The position numbers were made by a program, and so were the translations under genes. The notes beneath the pieces are model-generated. The model made no database searches and was not told where the DNA came from. It saw nothing but the letters and a program-made list of their open reading frames with translations. From an uncultured Prolixibacteraceae bacterium (GTDB lineage: Bacteria > Bacteroidota > Bacteroidia > Bacteroidales > FEN-979): a DNA stretch of 64,000 nucleotides. This document shows, in pieces, positions 18,985-27,503 of this stretch. The stretch lies in the NCBI GenBank assembly GCA_964642545.1, contig CAZXQU010000006.1, forward strand, positions 1,534 through 65,533, written 5' to 3'. The stretch's first letter is position 1. Every line of letters starts with the position of its first letter.

Positions 18985-20403
18985 CTATCGAATAATCAGT
19001 TTCTGATTAACCAATTTATCCTTTATTTGAATCCTTAGAATATAGATTCCTGATGGCAGCCCAGTCCAAATACCCAAACCATCAGCAGCAGCATTTTCAA
19101 GAGTGAAATCAAAAAGAATTTGTCCGGATAATGAGACAATCTCAACCTTTTGAACTACCTCGTCATTTGGAAAAACAATCCTAATTCGGCCATCCGATGG
19201 GTTAGGGAATACAGTTATCTCAGAATCGGTTCTGCTGTTGGGAAGTCCAACATTTGGATCGAACAATTCACCCCTGAAGGCGCTATTGGTGTATGTAGCA
19301 GCATAGCAGTACCAGGCCGAACTGCTCACAAAAGGATTTGAAAATCCGGTTATATTGGTAGCAGACAATCCTTCATTGGCAATAGTCCACGTCAAACCTC
19401 CATCTGTTGATATCTGTACTGCATTTTGCGTGGAGGCACAATAGACGACTTCGGGGTAAATAGGATGAATGAGAAGATCCTTAACTTTGGAGTAAGTGCC
19501 CATATTCAGGTTCGTGGTACTCCAACCGACTCCTCCATCATTGGAAATACAGATGGTTCCATTATTTCCGTATCCACCACACCCGGCAATGATTTTATCG
19601 GAGTTATCCGGACTGCAAACTATGGCGCCTCCCCATTTGTATGTAACCGGAATTGTGGTTCCGATCTCCGACCAGGTGAATCCTCCATCAGTGCTTTTCA
19701 AAAATCCACCCTGTACCTCCGATTTATACCCGGCATAGATAATCTGATCGTTTGAGTTCGGATCGATAAAAAGGAACTGTATGCTGTAAAAATCATCGGG
19801 CGAGCCGATGTACGTATTGATCCACTCCTGGCCACCGTTGGAACTTATCCAGATAACCGGGGCCCAGCCGTTTACACCGAAATTATTTCCTCCAATAATA
19901 ACCAGATCAGGATCGTCAGAAGAGGCTGTAAGTGCAAAGACCTGCGTTTCGAAAAGGCTTCCGACAAAAGGGCCTTTATTTATCCACGTATTCCCTCCAT
20001 CAACCGATTTGTACAATCCCTCCTGCGCAACTGTGGTTGGTCCGTTCGACCAGGCATACATGGCACCATCAGATCTGAAGGTTACCTGGGAAAATCGTGT
20101 GGCGGGCAGTCCTGTTGCAAGATCCCATGTATCTCCCCCATCATTGCTAACGAAAGGGAGCCCAGCGGCAGCATAGAGGTTCGTAGTATTTTGCGGGTCG
20201 ACTGCCAGTCCAATGACATCCCCGCCGAAAGGGCCAACCGGAGTCCATAAATTTCCGGCTTCAGGATAGAGATTCCATTCCGCTGGGATTTGGATTGATC
20301 CATGTGGTTTATTCCCGGCATCATCTGTTGTTTGATTATATGATTGGGCAACAATTGCCAGGATCAATACCTGTGATAAAAGTGTGAGGAATACGATTTT
20401 CAT
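18985..20403 (-). CDS. Secreted BNR/Asp-box repeat protein with T9SS C-terminal sorting domain
   Basis: Six SxDxGxTW-type boxes (SNDGGDTW, SVDGGNTW, SSNGGQEW, STDGGFTW, SNDGGVGW, STDGGLTW). Signal peptide. CTD (VFPNPSDGRIRIVF...GIYILRI). Confidence 0.85.
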   Translation of the reverse strand: MKIVFLTLLSQVLILAIVAQSYNQTTDDAGNKPHGSIQIPAEWNLYPEAGNLWTPVGPFGGDVIGLAVDPQNTTNLYAAAGLPFVSNDGGDTWDLATGLPATRFSQVTFRSDGAMYAWSNGPTTVAQEGLYKSVDGGNTWINKGPFVGSLFETQVFALTASSDDPDLVIIGGNNFGVNGWAPVIWISSNGGQEWINTYIGSPDDFYSIQFLFIDPNSNDQIIYAGYKSEVQGGFLKSTDGGFTWSEIGTTIPVTYKWGGAIVCSPDNSDKIIAGCGGYGNNGTICISNDGGVGWSTTNLNMGTYSKVKDLLIHPIYPEVVYCASTQNAVQISTDGGLTWTIANEGLSATNITGFSNPFVSSSAWYCYAATYTNSAFRGELFDPNVGLPNSRTDSEITVFPNPSDGRIRIVFPNDEVVQKVEIVSLSGQILFDFTLENAAADGLGIWTGLPSGIYILRIQIKDKLVNQKLIIR

Positions 20404-20457
20404 ATCAAGGAGTTTATTTGTTGTGAATGGATTATTGTTTTTACATCAAACAGTCAC

Positions 20458-20997
20458 TCAGCTTTTTTGCAATTTAAGTTTGTTGTTTACAATCTTTGCC
20501 CACTTTTCAATTAGGTCAAGTTCACCGTTTAATTGTTGATTGTTTTCCGAAGTATAAAACTCCAACAAGGTTTCCGGCTTGCTTTTATCGACAGGAATGA
20601 AATTAAGCCCAAGTTTGTCAATAACTTGTTGACTGCTTTTCTTGTTCTTAAATGTCCTGTTCAAATTAATGACCGAGCAATGTTGAATTTCAGAAAGGTT
20701 AATATGTTGAACAATCTCTTTGCCATTGACTTTCTTATAGAAGAAAACAAAATTGGCTGATTCGTCAAGTCCTATAATTTGTTCTCTACTAACTTGGTGT
20801 TGGGTTACTTTACAATTGTGTTTTCCTGCAATGGCTGATAATGATTGTAAAAGTTTTTTTTCTTTACTTTTTGTGCTTCCGCTTAAAAATACGAATGGCA
20901 CAATAAAGAGGACTAACATAATAGCCCCAATTATGGTTGTTTCCAGATTCATTTCAAAATAGTTTAATAGTGACGAAATAATTGACGGGTTTTGCAA
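20458..20997 (-). CDS. Hypothetical membrane-anchored protein
   Basis: One N-terminal TM helix (TTIIGAIMLVLFIVPFVFL). The real start may be Met16 (20952). It lies in an AT-rich stretch and I recognise no family. Confidence 0.45.
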   Translation of the reverse strand: MQNPSIISSLLNYFEMNLETTIIGAIMLVLFIVPFVFLSGSTKSKEKKLLQSLSAIAGKHNCKVTQHQVSREQIIGLDESANFVFFYKKVNGKEIVQHINLSEIQHCSVINLNRTFKNKKSSQQVIDKLGLNFIPVDKSKPETLLEFYTSENNQQLNGELDLIEKWAKIVNNKLKLQKS

Positions 20998-21056
20998 GAT
21001 GCAAAACCAGAAAATTCAATTCTTTGCCGAAAACGGCAACTAGTACCTAAAATGAA

Positions 21057-21428
21057 TTACCAGAAATATTGGAATGGGAAAATGATATCTGCTTTCCGAA
21101 GCTTAATCGGAAAGTTTCTTGAGATGGAATTATATTGTGCGAACTCGGTTGTAAATAGTTTTTGTTTGGTTCTTTCGCTTGCCAAAAGTCCGTTTAAGGA
21201 ATTTTTAAAAGTAAAGGGTGGGGTATTATTGGAAGTTTTTACAGAATTTTCAAATTGTGAGGTACAACAAACCCGATTCGAGATGACTGGTGAATGGTAT
21301 TGTTCATTCCATATAGTTGAAATGCTGTTAAACGGTGTATTTACATAATCACTATAAACCACACGTATTGCAAAGCAAAAAAGTAATGCGGGAATAGTTA
21401 TACCTAAAATTCTAAATACATTTTTCAC
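21057..21428 (-). CDS. Hypothetical small protein with N-terminal hydrophobic segment
   Basis: N-terminus ILGITIPALLFCFAI. It competes with the plus-strand ORF 20992..21348. I chose it for co-orientation and the signal-like N-terminus. Weak call. Confidence 0.3.
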   Translation of the reverse strand: MKNVFRILGITIPALLFCFAIRVVYSDYVNTPFNSISTIWNEQYHSPVISNRVCCTSQFENSVKTSNNTPPFTFKNSLNGLLASERTKQKLFTTEFAQYNSISRNFPIKLRKADIIFPFQYFW

Positions 21429-21478
21429 GTTGCAAAGGTAGATTGATTTTGGTTGATTTATTCCTGGATAATTTAATT

Positions 21479-22783
21479 TCAGTTTTTCTCATACCGCCCT
21501 TTGAATAGATCATCCCGTCGATACGACCAGCGCATTAAAGCCATGGCTGCCAAGAGAACGACAAGGGTCAGGAGAAAAGTTCCGGTGAAGCCAAACAACT
21601 CATAAAACCATACACCGAAAAGGGGGGCAAACAGGGAGCGCAGTCCTGTGAGAGAGAGGTGAATGGATTGATAATCGTCGGCTTCTTCGGGTTTGCAGAA
21701 ATAGGCCGAACCGATGTACCATACCAAAGCCATAGTAGCAGCGAAAATACCGTAAAACCCAAAGGAGATGAGCAACATGTAATAAATCTCGATGCCAAAA
21801 ACATCGGTATGCCCTGGGATATATTCGGTCAGAAGAAGAAAGAGGATATAACCGAAAAGAGCGGCAAAAGTGATTGCGGCAAATTTCCGGGGATCAAGTC
21901 TGCTGAGAAGTCTTCCAAAAAAAGGAAGCAAGAGAATAGCCAGAATGTTATAGGCATTCTTGTAAAAAGCTACACTGGAATAATTCAGGTGCAACTGATC
22001 CTGAAAAAAGATATTGATTATGGTTACTGAAATCATAAAGGAGAATCCATATAACATGAAGCCAATCTCAAAATGCCTGTAGGGTTTATTGGTTTTCAAG
22101 ATTGTCACCATGTTTACCCACGACTTTTTCACAGATGCCAGAAAAGGGAGGGATTCAATTTGCTGAGTCACTTTGGAGTAATCAATCTGTGACAATACAA
22201 ATAAGGAAATTACACCAAGCAAGCCAATCAAGGGGAAAATATATGTGAAGGCAAAGTTATCGGCATCAAGAAGTAATCCATATGAAAAGGTGATGATGAG
22301 CATGATTATTTTATTAAAGGAAGTAGCATAGCTGTATAGTTTCCCAAAAAAATCATGCCGGTAATTGGTCTTCAGTAATACATTTATCGCCGGATAGATG
22401 ATGAGGTTCCCAGAGAAATAGACCAGAAAAACAAAAAGGAAAAGGTAATGCCAGCATGATTGCCCGCTCATTGCTGCTTCACTCCGGGGTATAACGATCA
22501 GTAACACCAGTGGCAAACGAGTTGCCAGGCCAGTAATGCGTAACATCATTTTTTTGTTCCTGATCCGTTTCCTGAATTCGTTGAGAACCACCAGAAAAAG
22601 GAATAGGATTGTGCTGAATTGGAAGAGAAGGGCGAGCTGGTAATTGGATCCACGAAGGCTATGAATAAAGACATATTCGTTGAGGGCAAGCACACCGAGG
22701 ATAATTCCCTCGATGCCGGAATAGATCATATGCAGGCGGAATGCCGTCTTTTCACGAAGGTCAAGTTTTTTTAAAATCCCCAT
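21479..22783 (-). CDS. MFS-type transporter
   Basis: 434 aa, about 12 predicted TM helices, and a basic loop after TM2 (RKRIRNKKMMLR). Confidence 0.7.
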   Translation of the reverse strand: MGILKKLDLREKTAFRLHMIYSGIEGIILGVLALNEYVFIHSLRGSNYQLALLFQFSTILFLFLVVLNEFRKRIRNKKMMLRITGLATRLPLVLLIVIPRSEAAMSGQSCWHYLFLFVFLVYFSGNLIIYPAINVLLKTNYRHDFFGKLYSYATSFNKIIMLIITFSYGLLLDADNFAFTYIFPLIGLLGVISLFVLSQIDYSKVTQQIESLPFLASVKKSWVNMVTILKTNKPYRHFEIGFMLYGFSFMISVTIINIFFQDQLHLNYSSVAFYKNAYNILAILLLPFFGRLLSRLDPRKFAAITFAALFGYILFLLLTEYIPGHTDVFGIEIYYMLLISFGFYGIFAATMALVWYIGSAYFCKPEEADDYQSIHLSLTGLRSLFAPLFGVWFYELFGFTGTFLLTLVVLLAAMALMRWSYRRDDLFKGRYEKN

Positions 22784-22794
22784 GGAATCAATCC

Positions 22795-22829
22795 CTAATC
22801 GCTAATCGCTAATCGCTGATGGCTAATCG
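22795..22829 (-). repeat. Heptamer array, sense strand (CGATTAG)x5 with one degenerate unit
   Basis: The plus strand reads CTAATCG CTAATCG CTAATCG CTGATGG CTAATCG. The last unit contains the TAG stop of the carbonic anhydrase gene. Confidence 0.9.
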
Positions 22830-23464
22830 TTGGCACCTAAGTTATAGATCTCCTGGATATCTTTCAGTTTCTCCCGGAAATCGATCTTAAGATCAATAAG
22901 GTTTCCGGTTTTCATGTCAAAAACCCACCCATGAACGAGTGGGTATCCTTCGGAAAGATATGTTTTTTGAACCGCAGCCGTTTTGATCACGTTGAGTGCC
23001 TGCTCTTCCACATTCAGTTCAACAAGTCTCCTATACCGTTGTTCTTCATCTCCAATAGCGTTGAGTTCACGCCTGTGAAGGCGGTAAACATCCCGGATGT
23101 TCCTGAGCCAGGGATTCAGGATGCCAAGGTCGCGGGCCTGCATGGCGGCTTTCACTCCTCCGCAGCCATAATGTCCGCAAACAATAATATGTTTAACCTG
23201 AAGTTGATGAATCGCATAATTGATGATACTCATCACATTGAGGTCGTTGTTGCACACCAAGTTGGCAATATTCCGGTGAACAAAGACCTCTCCTGGCTTA
23301 ACACCCATCAACTCTTCCGTAGCAACGCGACTGTCGCTGCATCCGATGTAAAGGAAATCTGGATTCTGGCCTTCAGCAAGATTCTCAAAGAATTCGTTGT
23401 CACCTGCTTTTTTCTCAGCAACCCATCGTTTGTTGTTCTCGAAGATTTGTTCGTAAGTAGTCAT
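22823..23464 (-). CDS. Beta-class carbonic anhydrase
   Basis: Zinc ligand motifs CSDSR and HYGCGG, in a 213-aa protein. Confidence 0.9.
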   Translation of the reverse strand: MTTYEQIFENNKRWVAEKKAGDNEFFENLAEGQNPDFLYIGCSDSRVATEELMGVKPGEVFVHRNIANLVCNNDLNVMSIINYAIHQLQVKHIIVCGHYGCGGVKAAMQARDLGILNPWLRNIRDVYRLHRRELNAIGDEEQRYRRLVELNVEEQALNVIKTAAVQKTYLSEGYPLVHGWVFDMKTGNLIDLKIDFREKLKDIQEIYNLGAND

Positions 23465-23660
23465 CAGGTAATCCTTTTTGGGGTCAAAGATACAAGAAAA
23501 GGATATTGGATGTTTAATGCTGGGGACAGAGTAAACTAGTGAAATGGGAAATGGTAATTAAAAGATCTCCAGGTCTCTGCCCTACTTCAATAGTAGAGGT
23601 GTGATGGTGCTGATGGTAGATTTTCCAATCCGGAGTCTTCTTCTCCCAGCCTTTCTGAAA

Positions 23661-25448
23661 TTAGACTTCATGGATCAGGATATTGGCATTATAGGCTTTT
23701 ATAATATGTTTTGTCAGCCGATTCAATCCTTTCGGGCCATAAACCTCCAGGGACTCATTCCTGCCCATCACCCATGGGGTGAGGATCAGATCGGGATAAC
23801 CGGTGGTATGATCAGAATGCAGATGGGTGAGGAATGCGTGCTTAGTGTTTTTCGTTGCAAGTCCCTTGATTGGTCCGCCATACCTTTGTGAAAGAGCAGC
23901 TGCCTGCCTGACCAGTCCGGGACCAAAATCGACAATATTAGGGACATCATTTACGACGATCGCGATGGAATATCCCGATTGATGCGGATAGGGGTTGGGG
24001 TTGCCGGAACCCAATATCACAACATGAGTGTTTCCATCGGGAAGTTGTGACGGAATCACATCCGGGAGATGCTTTTCAGGCTGAACAGTGTCTATTTTTC
24101 CCAATTTAAAATCAAGGTAAACCTTTTCCTTTTCAATAGAATGTTTGTTATCTGGATACTGATCTTCATATCTCTTGATCAACCGAAGAGCTTCCAGATA
24201 GTTGCTGTCGGCTTCCAATATATTTATCCGGAACATTAGTGAATCAAACGGGATGATATTGGATACCCTGCCAGCAGCAGTTTCAGATGCTCCCAGAAGC
24301 TGTATGCCAGACCCATCAATCATTTGTCGCGTATCGCTATACGCCTCTTCCGCCATCTTCCGGGAAGTAAGATCCAGCCATGGCAAGGTGGTATCTGAAG
24401 CAGCCCGTTCGGCTGGATAGATGATGTGTTTCTTCATCCTGGGATTTGTTCCACGGTAGACCCAGGTAGGTAAATACCGGATTCCGGATACCCTGATGCC
24501 TGATGCCGGATATTTTGTAAGCTCTACCTGCAGGATCATACCGGCATCAGTGTATCTCCAATACTGGTTGGAATAGAAATTCCCCATCGATGTAGCCACA
24601 AACCCTGAGTCAAGTATACCGCCGGATGTTTTAAAAAAGCGAACCTTTCCGATTATATGCGGATGACTTCCAATCACAATATCAGTACCCGCCGCGATCG
24701 TTTTTTCAATAATGGCTTCCTGCGAGGCAGTTTCATCGCTGTACATCTCCTGACCATAATGGTAAAAGACAATAACGATCTCCGCCCCAGCTTTTCTGGC
24801 GTACAAAATATCCTGCCCGATAGATGCCGTATCTATCAGGTTCAACATGTAGCGATGCTCCTTACATGGATAAAATTCGTTTGATCCATAGGAATAATTC
24901 AGGATTGCAATCGGAATGCCCTTTAAATTGATTACCCTTATTGAATCGTGATCATGTTGTGAATTAAATGTCCCTGAGCGTCCCAATCCGATGGAGTCGA
25001 TCACCCTGATGGTGCGTAATAATCCCTTCTCGCGCATATCCATTGAATGGTTGTTTGCCGTTACCAGAAAGTCGAATCCATTTTTTTTCAATGCCCCAAC
25101 GATCTCATCAGGCGTGTTGAAGGCTGGATATCCGGTATATTCCTTAGTAGCTCCGGCACAAACGGTTTCAAAATTTCCGACGGTGAGGTCATCATCTTCA
25201 AGCCATCTCTTTACCTCAGCGAAAGAGGGATTGAAGTCGAAACCATCTTTCCCAACACGGGCATTTTCAAGTTGCGGTGTGTGGCACATGATGTCACCAA
25301 CGAAAGAGAGGCGGATAGTGATAGTGGAATCGGTATAAGTTGAATCATTCTGGGATCCGGCATGTGCTGCAAGATGAACCCAACAGAGAAATACCAATAA
25401 ACCCGAAAGGTTAAAATTCCTATTCACCACAAAGAGACTAAGACACAA
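23661..25448 (-). CDS. CapA-like metallophosphatase (PGA_cap) fused to a shortened MBL-fold domain; interrupted by an in-frame TAA
   Basis: N-terminus: signal-like peptide plus CapA motifs (SFVGDIMCH, VTANNHSMD, IVIGSHPH). C-terminus: FLTHLHSDHTTG MBL motif ending ILIHEV-stop. The same frame continues for 49 codons down to 23514, with the stop codon at 23511-23513 (FQKGW...HQHHHTSTIEVGQ...). Confidence 0.7.
   Translation of the reverse strand: MCLSLFVVNRNFNLSGLLVFLCWVHLAAHAGSQNDSTYTDSTITIRLSFVGDIMCHTPQLENARVGKDGFDFNPSFAEVKRWLEDDDLTVGNFETVCAGATKEYTGYPAFNTPDEIVGALKKNGFDFLVTANNHSMDMREKGLLRTIRVIDSIGLGRSGTFNSQHDHDSIRVINLKGIPIAILNYSYGSNEFYPCKEHRYMLNLIDTASIGQDILYARKAGAEIVIVFYHYGQEMYSDETASQEAIIEKTIAAGTDIVIGSHPHIIGKVRFFKTSGGILDSGFVATSMGNFYSNQYWRYTDAGMILQVELTKYPASGIRVSGIRYLPTWVYRGTNPRMKKHIIYPAERAASDTTLPWLDLTSRKMAEEAYSDTRQMIDGSGIQLLGASETAAGRVSNIIPFDSLMFRINILEADSNYLEALRLIKRYEDQYPDNKHSIEKEKVYLDFKLGKIDTVQPEKHLPDVIPSQLPDGNTHVVILGSGNPNPYPHQSGYSIAIVVNDVPNIVDFGPGLVRQAAALSQRYGGPIKGLATKNTKHAFLTHLHSDHTTGYPDLILTPWVMGRNESLEVYGPKGLNRLTKHIIKAYNANILIHEV
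24474..24515 (+). repeat. Intragenic in-frame heptamer element (ATACCGG ATTCCGG ATACCCT GATGCCT GATGCCG GATATTT)
   Basis: Six heptamers, 42 nt in total. On the minus strand it encodes YPASGIRVSGIRYL in the CapA-like protein. Confidence 0.75.
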
Positions 25449-25485
25449 AGATCATAAAAAATAGCTATGTCGCAAACAATGGAAT

Positions 25486-26247
25486 TCAGACCAGGTATTT
25501 TTCCTTCAACGCATTGAAATCCACTTCAAGGATATCAGTGAGAAAGGTACTCACCGAGTGGAATTGAAGTTCAATCTCCTCTAGTGCAGCATCAAGGTAT
25601 TCGGCCCGAACTTCCATCAGTGGACGGATGATATCTGCATTGGGATTTCCTGCCGCTTTGACCTCACGTATGATCCTTTCCAAAGCCAGCTTGAGATGGA
25701 TGTTGGATAGAAAGTAATCTTTCCTGGCCTCTTCCACGAAAACACCCAGGGCGATCAGCAAGAGGTATGAGGCAAGGCCTGTCCGATCTTTCCCAGCGGC
25801 ACAATGGTACATCAGAGGGATGTGTTCAGTTGTGGCGAGTATACTGAAAAACTCCCGGAAGTCGTCCTGATGATCTCTTACCATACGACGGTAATCTTTT
25901 ATCAGGATGGTCTCGAGTCCGAAAACATCATTTTCCCTAAGCATCTGCTCAGCCTTATCCCTTGCCGAATCTACGATTGTTATTCGTTTGTTCTCCTGCA
26001 CAGTCTCAATGTGGGGAGTAGGATAATTGATCAATTCCCTATCGGATCGGAAATCAATGATCATCCGGATGCCAATTTCTTCAAGCCGAAGAATGTCCTC
26101 CTCAGAAAGTCGGGAAAGGTCACCACTTCGATAAAGCAACCCTGACTTGACCATTCGCCCGTCTGTTGTTGAAATCCCGCCAATACCACGGAAGTTAGGC
26201 TGGTTTTTGAGGATGGCATGAATCTGCGGAGGAGTTGTATCAAACAT
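25486..26247 (-). CDS. Protein-tyrosine phosphatase (Y_phosphatase3-like)
   Basis: CX5R active site HCAAGKDRTG. Start set at the internal Met (MFDTTPP) to avoid overlapping the divergent gene; the longest ORF reaches 26319. Confidence 0.8.
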   Translation of the reverse strand: MFDTTPPQIHAILKNQPNFRGIGGISTTDGRMVKSGLLYRSGDLSRLSEEDILRLEEIGIRMIIDFRSDRELINYPTPHIETVQENKRITIVDSARDKAEQMLRENDVFGLETILIKDYRRMVRDHQDDFREFFSILATTEHIPLMYHCAAGKDRTGLASYLLLIALGVFVEEARKDYFLSNIHLKLALERIIREVKAAGNPNADIIRPLMEVRAEYLDAALEEIELQFHSVSTFLTDILEVDFNALKEKYLV

Positions 26248-26307
26248 GAGGCAAAGGTACTGATTTGCGAGGAAACCATTATCTTTGACACAAATCAAAG
26301 ATACCAA

Positions 26308-27420
26308 ATGGTTCGTCAAAAATTTCCATTACGTTATTTTCTGCCACTGATAATTTCTTTGTTCTGTTTCCCAATAACTACGCTAAATGCCCAACGAGGC
26401 GGCATCAGGGTCCCCGTCGATACGATTGGTTTTGCTACCCAGGCATGGCAGATGGATTCAATAATGGCAAGAATCAACAGACAATTCGGGGCGCAAATCA
26501 AACAGGCTCTTGCGAAAAAGAAAATTTCTAAAAAGTCCATCTGGAAAATGGCCATTTGTCCGCACGACGATTACGCCTACGCGGGATGGATGTACCCAAT
26601 GGCATTGCAGAACATCAAAGCACCAGTTGTAATTTTACTTGGAGTGGCCCACAAAGCAAGGCAGTTTGGGATCGAAGGAAAAATGGTCTTCGATTCTCAC
26701 GACTCCTGGCAGGCACCCTATGGAACTGTAAGAATTTCGGGGCTTCGTGATAAGATTACAAACCAGCTTCCCAAAAGTGAATATATCGTCCACGACAGCC
26801 TCCAAAACGTGGAGCACAGCCTCGAGGCATTGGTCCCTTTCCTCCAGTATTATAACCCCACTGTGGAGATCGTTCCCATTCTTGTGCCTGCTATGTCGAT
26901 GGAGAAGATGGAGGGGCTTGCGGGTTCCCTGGCATGGGCTATCTCCAAGGTGATGGTTACAGACGACCTGGAGTGGATGAAAGATATTGCCATTGTCATC
27001 TCCAATGATGCCGTCCATTATGGTTGCGAAGATTGGGGTGGGAAAGACCTGGCACCCTATGGCTGTGACCAGGAGGGGTATCAGAAGGCAGTAGCTCATG
27101 AGCATGAGATCATCGACAATTGCCTCACTGGCGGCATCGTGAAGATGCAAATCCGCCGGTTTGCAGATTATACTGTGCAGGATACCAATTTCAGGATCTA
27201 CAAGTGGACATGGTGTGGCAGGTTCTCGGTTCCATTTGGACTTTTAACAGCGTTCTACCTTCAGCAACATACCAGAACCTATCCTCCTTCCGGGACAGTT
27301 ATCGGGTACTCAACATCCATCGACCATCCGATCCTGCCGGTTGAAGACCTGGGAATGGGTGTCACCGCTCCGGCTAATGTCAAGCATTGGGTGGGCTATG
27401 TGGTAGTGGGTTATAGGTAG
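26308..27420 (+). CDS. Memo-like (AmmeMemoRadiSam protein B family) protein with signal peptide
   Basis: CPHDDYAYAG, GVAHK and SNDAVHYG motifs resemble MEMO1. Start chosen at MVRQKFPLRYFLPLIISLFCFPITTLNA; the longest ORF starts at 26218. Confidence 0.65.
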   Translation: MVRQKFPLRYFLPLIISLFCFPITTLNAQRGGIRVPVDTIGFATQAWQMDSIMARINRQFGAQIKQALAKKKISKKSIWKMAICPHDDYAYAGWMYPMALQNIKAPVVILLGVAHKARQFGIEGKMVFDSHDSWQAPYGTVRISGLRDKITNQLPKSEYIVHDSLQNVEHSLEALVPFLQYYNPTVEIVPILVPAMSMEKMEGLAGSLAWAISKVMVTDDLEWMKDIAIVISNDAVHYGCEDWGGKDLAPYGCDQEGYQKAVAHEHEIIDNCLTGGIVKMQIRRFADYTVQDTNFRIYKWTWCGRFSVPFGLLTAFYLQQHTRTYPPSGTVIGYSTSIDHPILPVEDLGMGVTAPANVKHWVGYVVVGYR

Positions 27421-27503
27421 TGAGGTAGTGAGGTAGTGAGGTAGTGAGGTAGTAAAATGGTGAAATGGTGAAATAGCGAAACTGCCAACTGCCAACTGCC
27501 AAC
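27416..27503 (+). repeat. Composite array: (GGTAGTGA)x5, (AATGGTGA)x2, AATAGCGA, (AACTGCC)x3
   Basis: It fills the whole convergent spacer. The first unit contains the TAG stop of 26308..27420. The last units abut the stop of 27503..28516. Confidence 0.9.

Noticed and set aside
20992-21348. 118-aa plus-strand ORF in the AT-rich stretch
   Set aside because: It competes with the minus-strand ORF 21057..21428, which is co-oriented with its neighbours and has a signal-like N-terminus. Neither is well supported, and I listed only the minus-strand one at low confidence.
22931-23539. 202-aa plus-strand ORF antisense to the carbonic anhydrase gene
   Set aside because: The opposite strand encodes a protein with clear beta-carbonic-anhydrase motifs, and this ORF has no motifs of its own.
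26218-26307. The longest-ORF starts at 26218 (Memo-like gene) and 26319 (phosphatase), which would make the divergent genes overlap by about 100 nt
   Set aside because: Internal Met codons give a proper signal peptide for the Memo-like protein and a sensible phosphatase N-terminus, and they leave a 60-nt divergent spacer.
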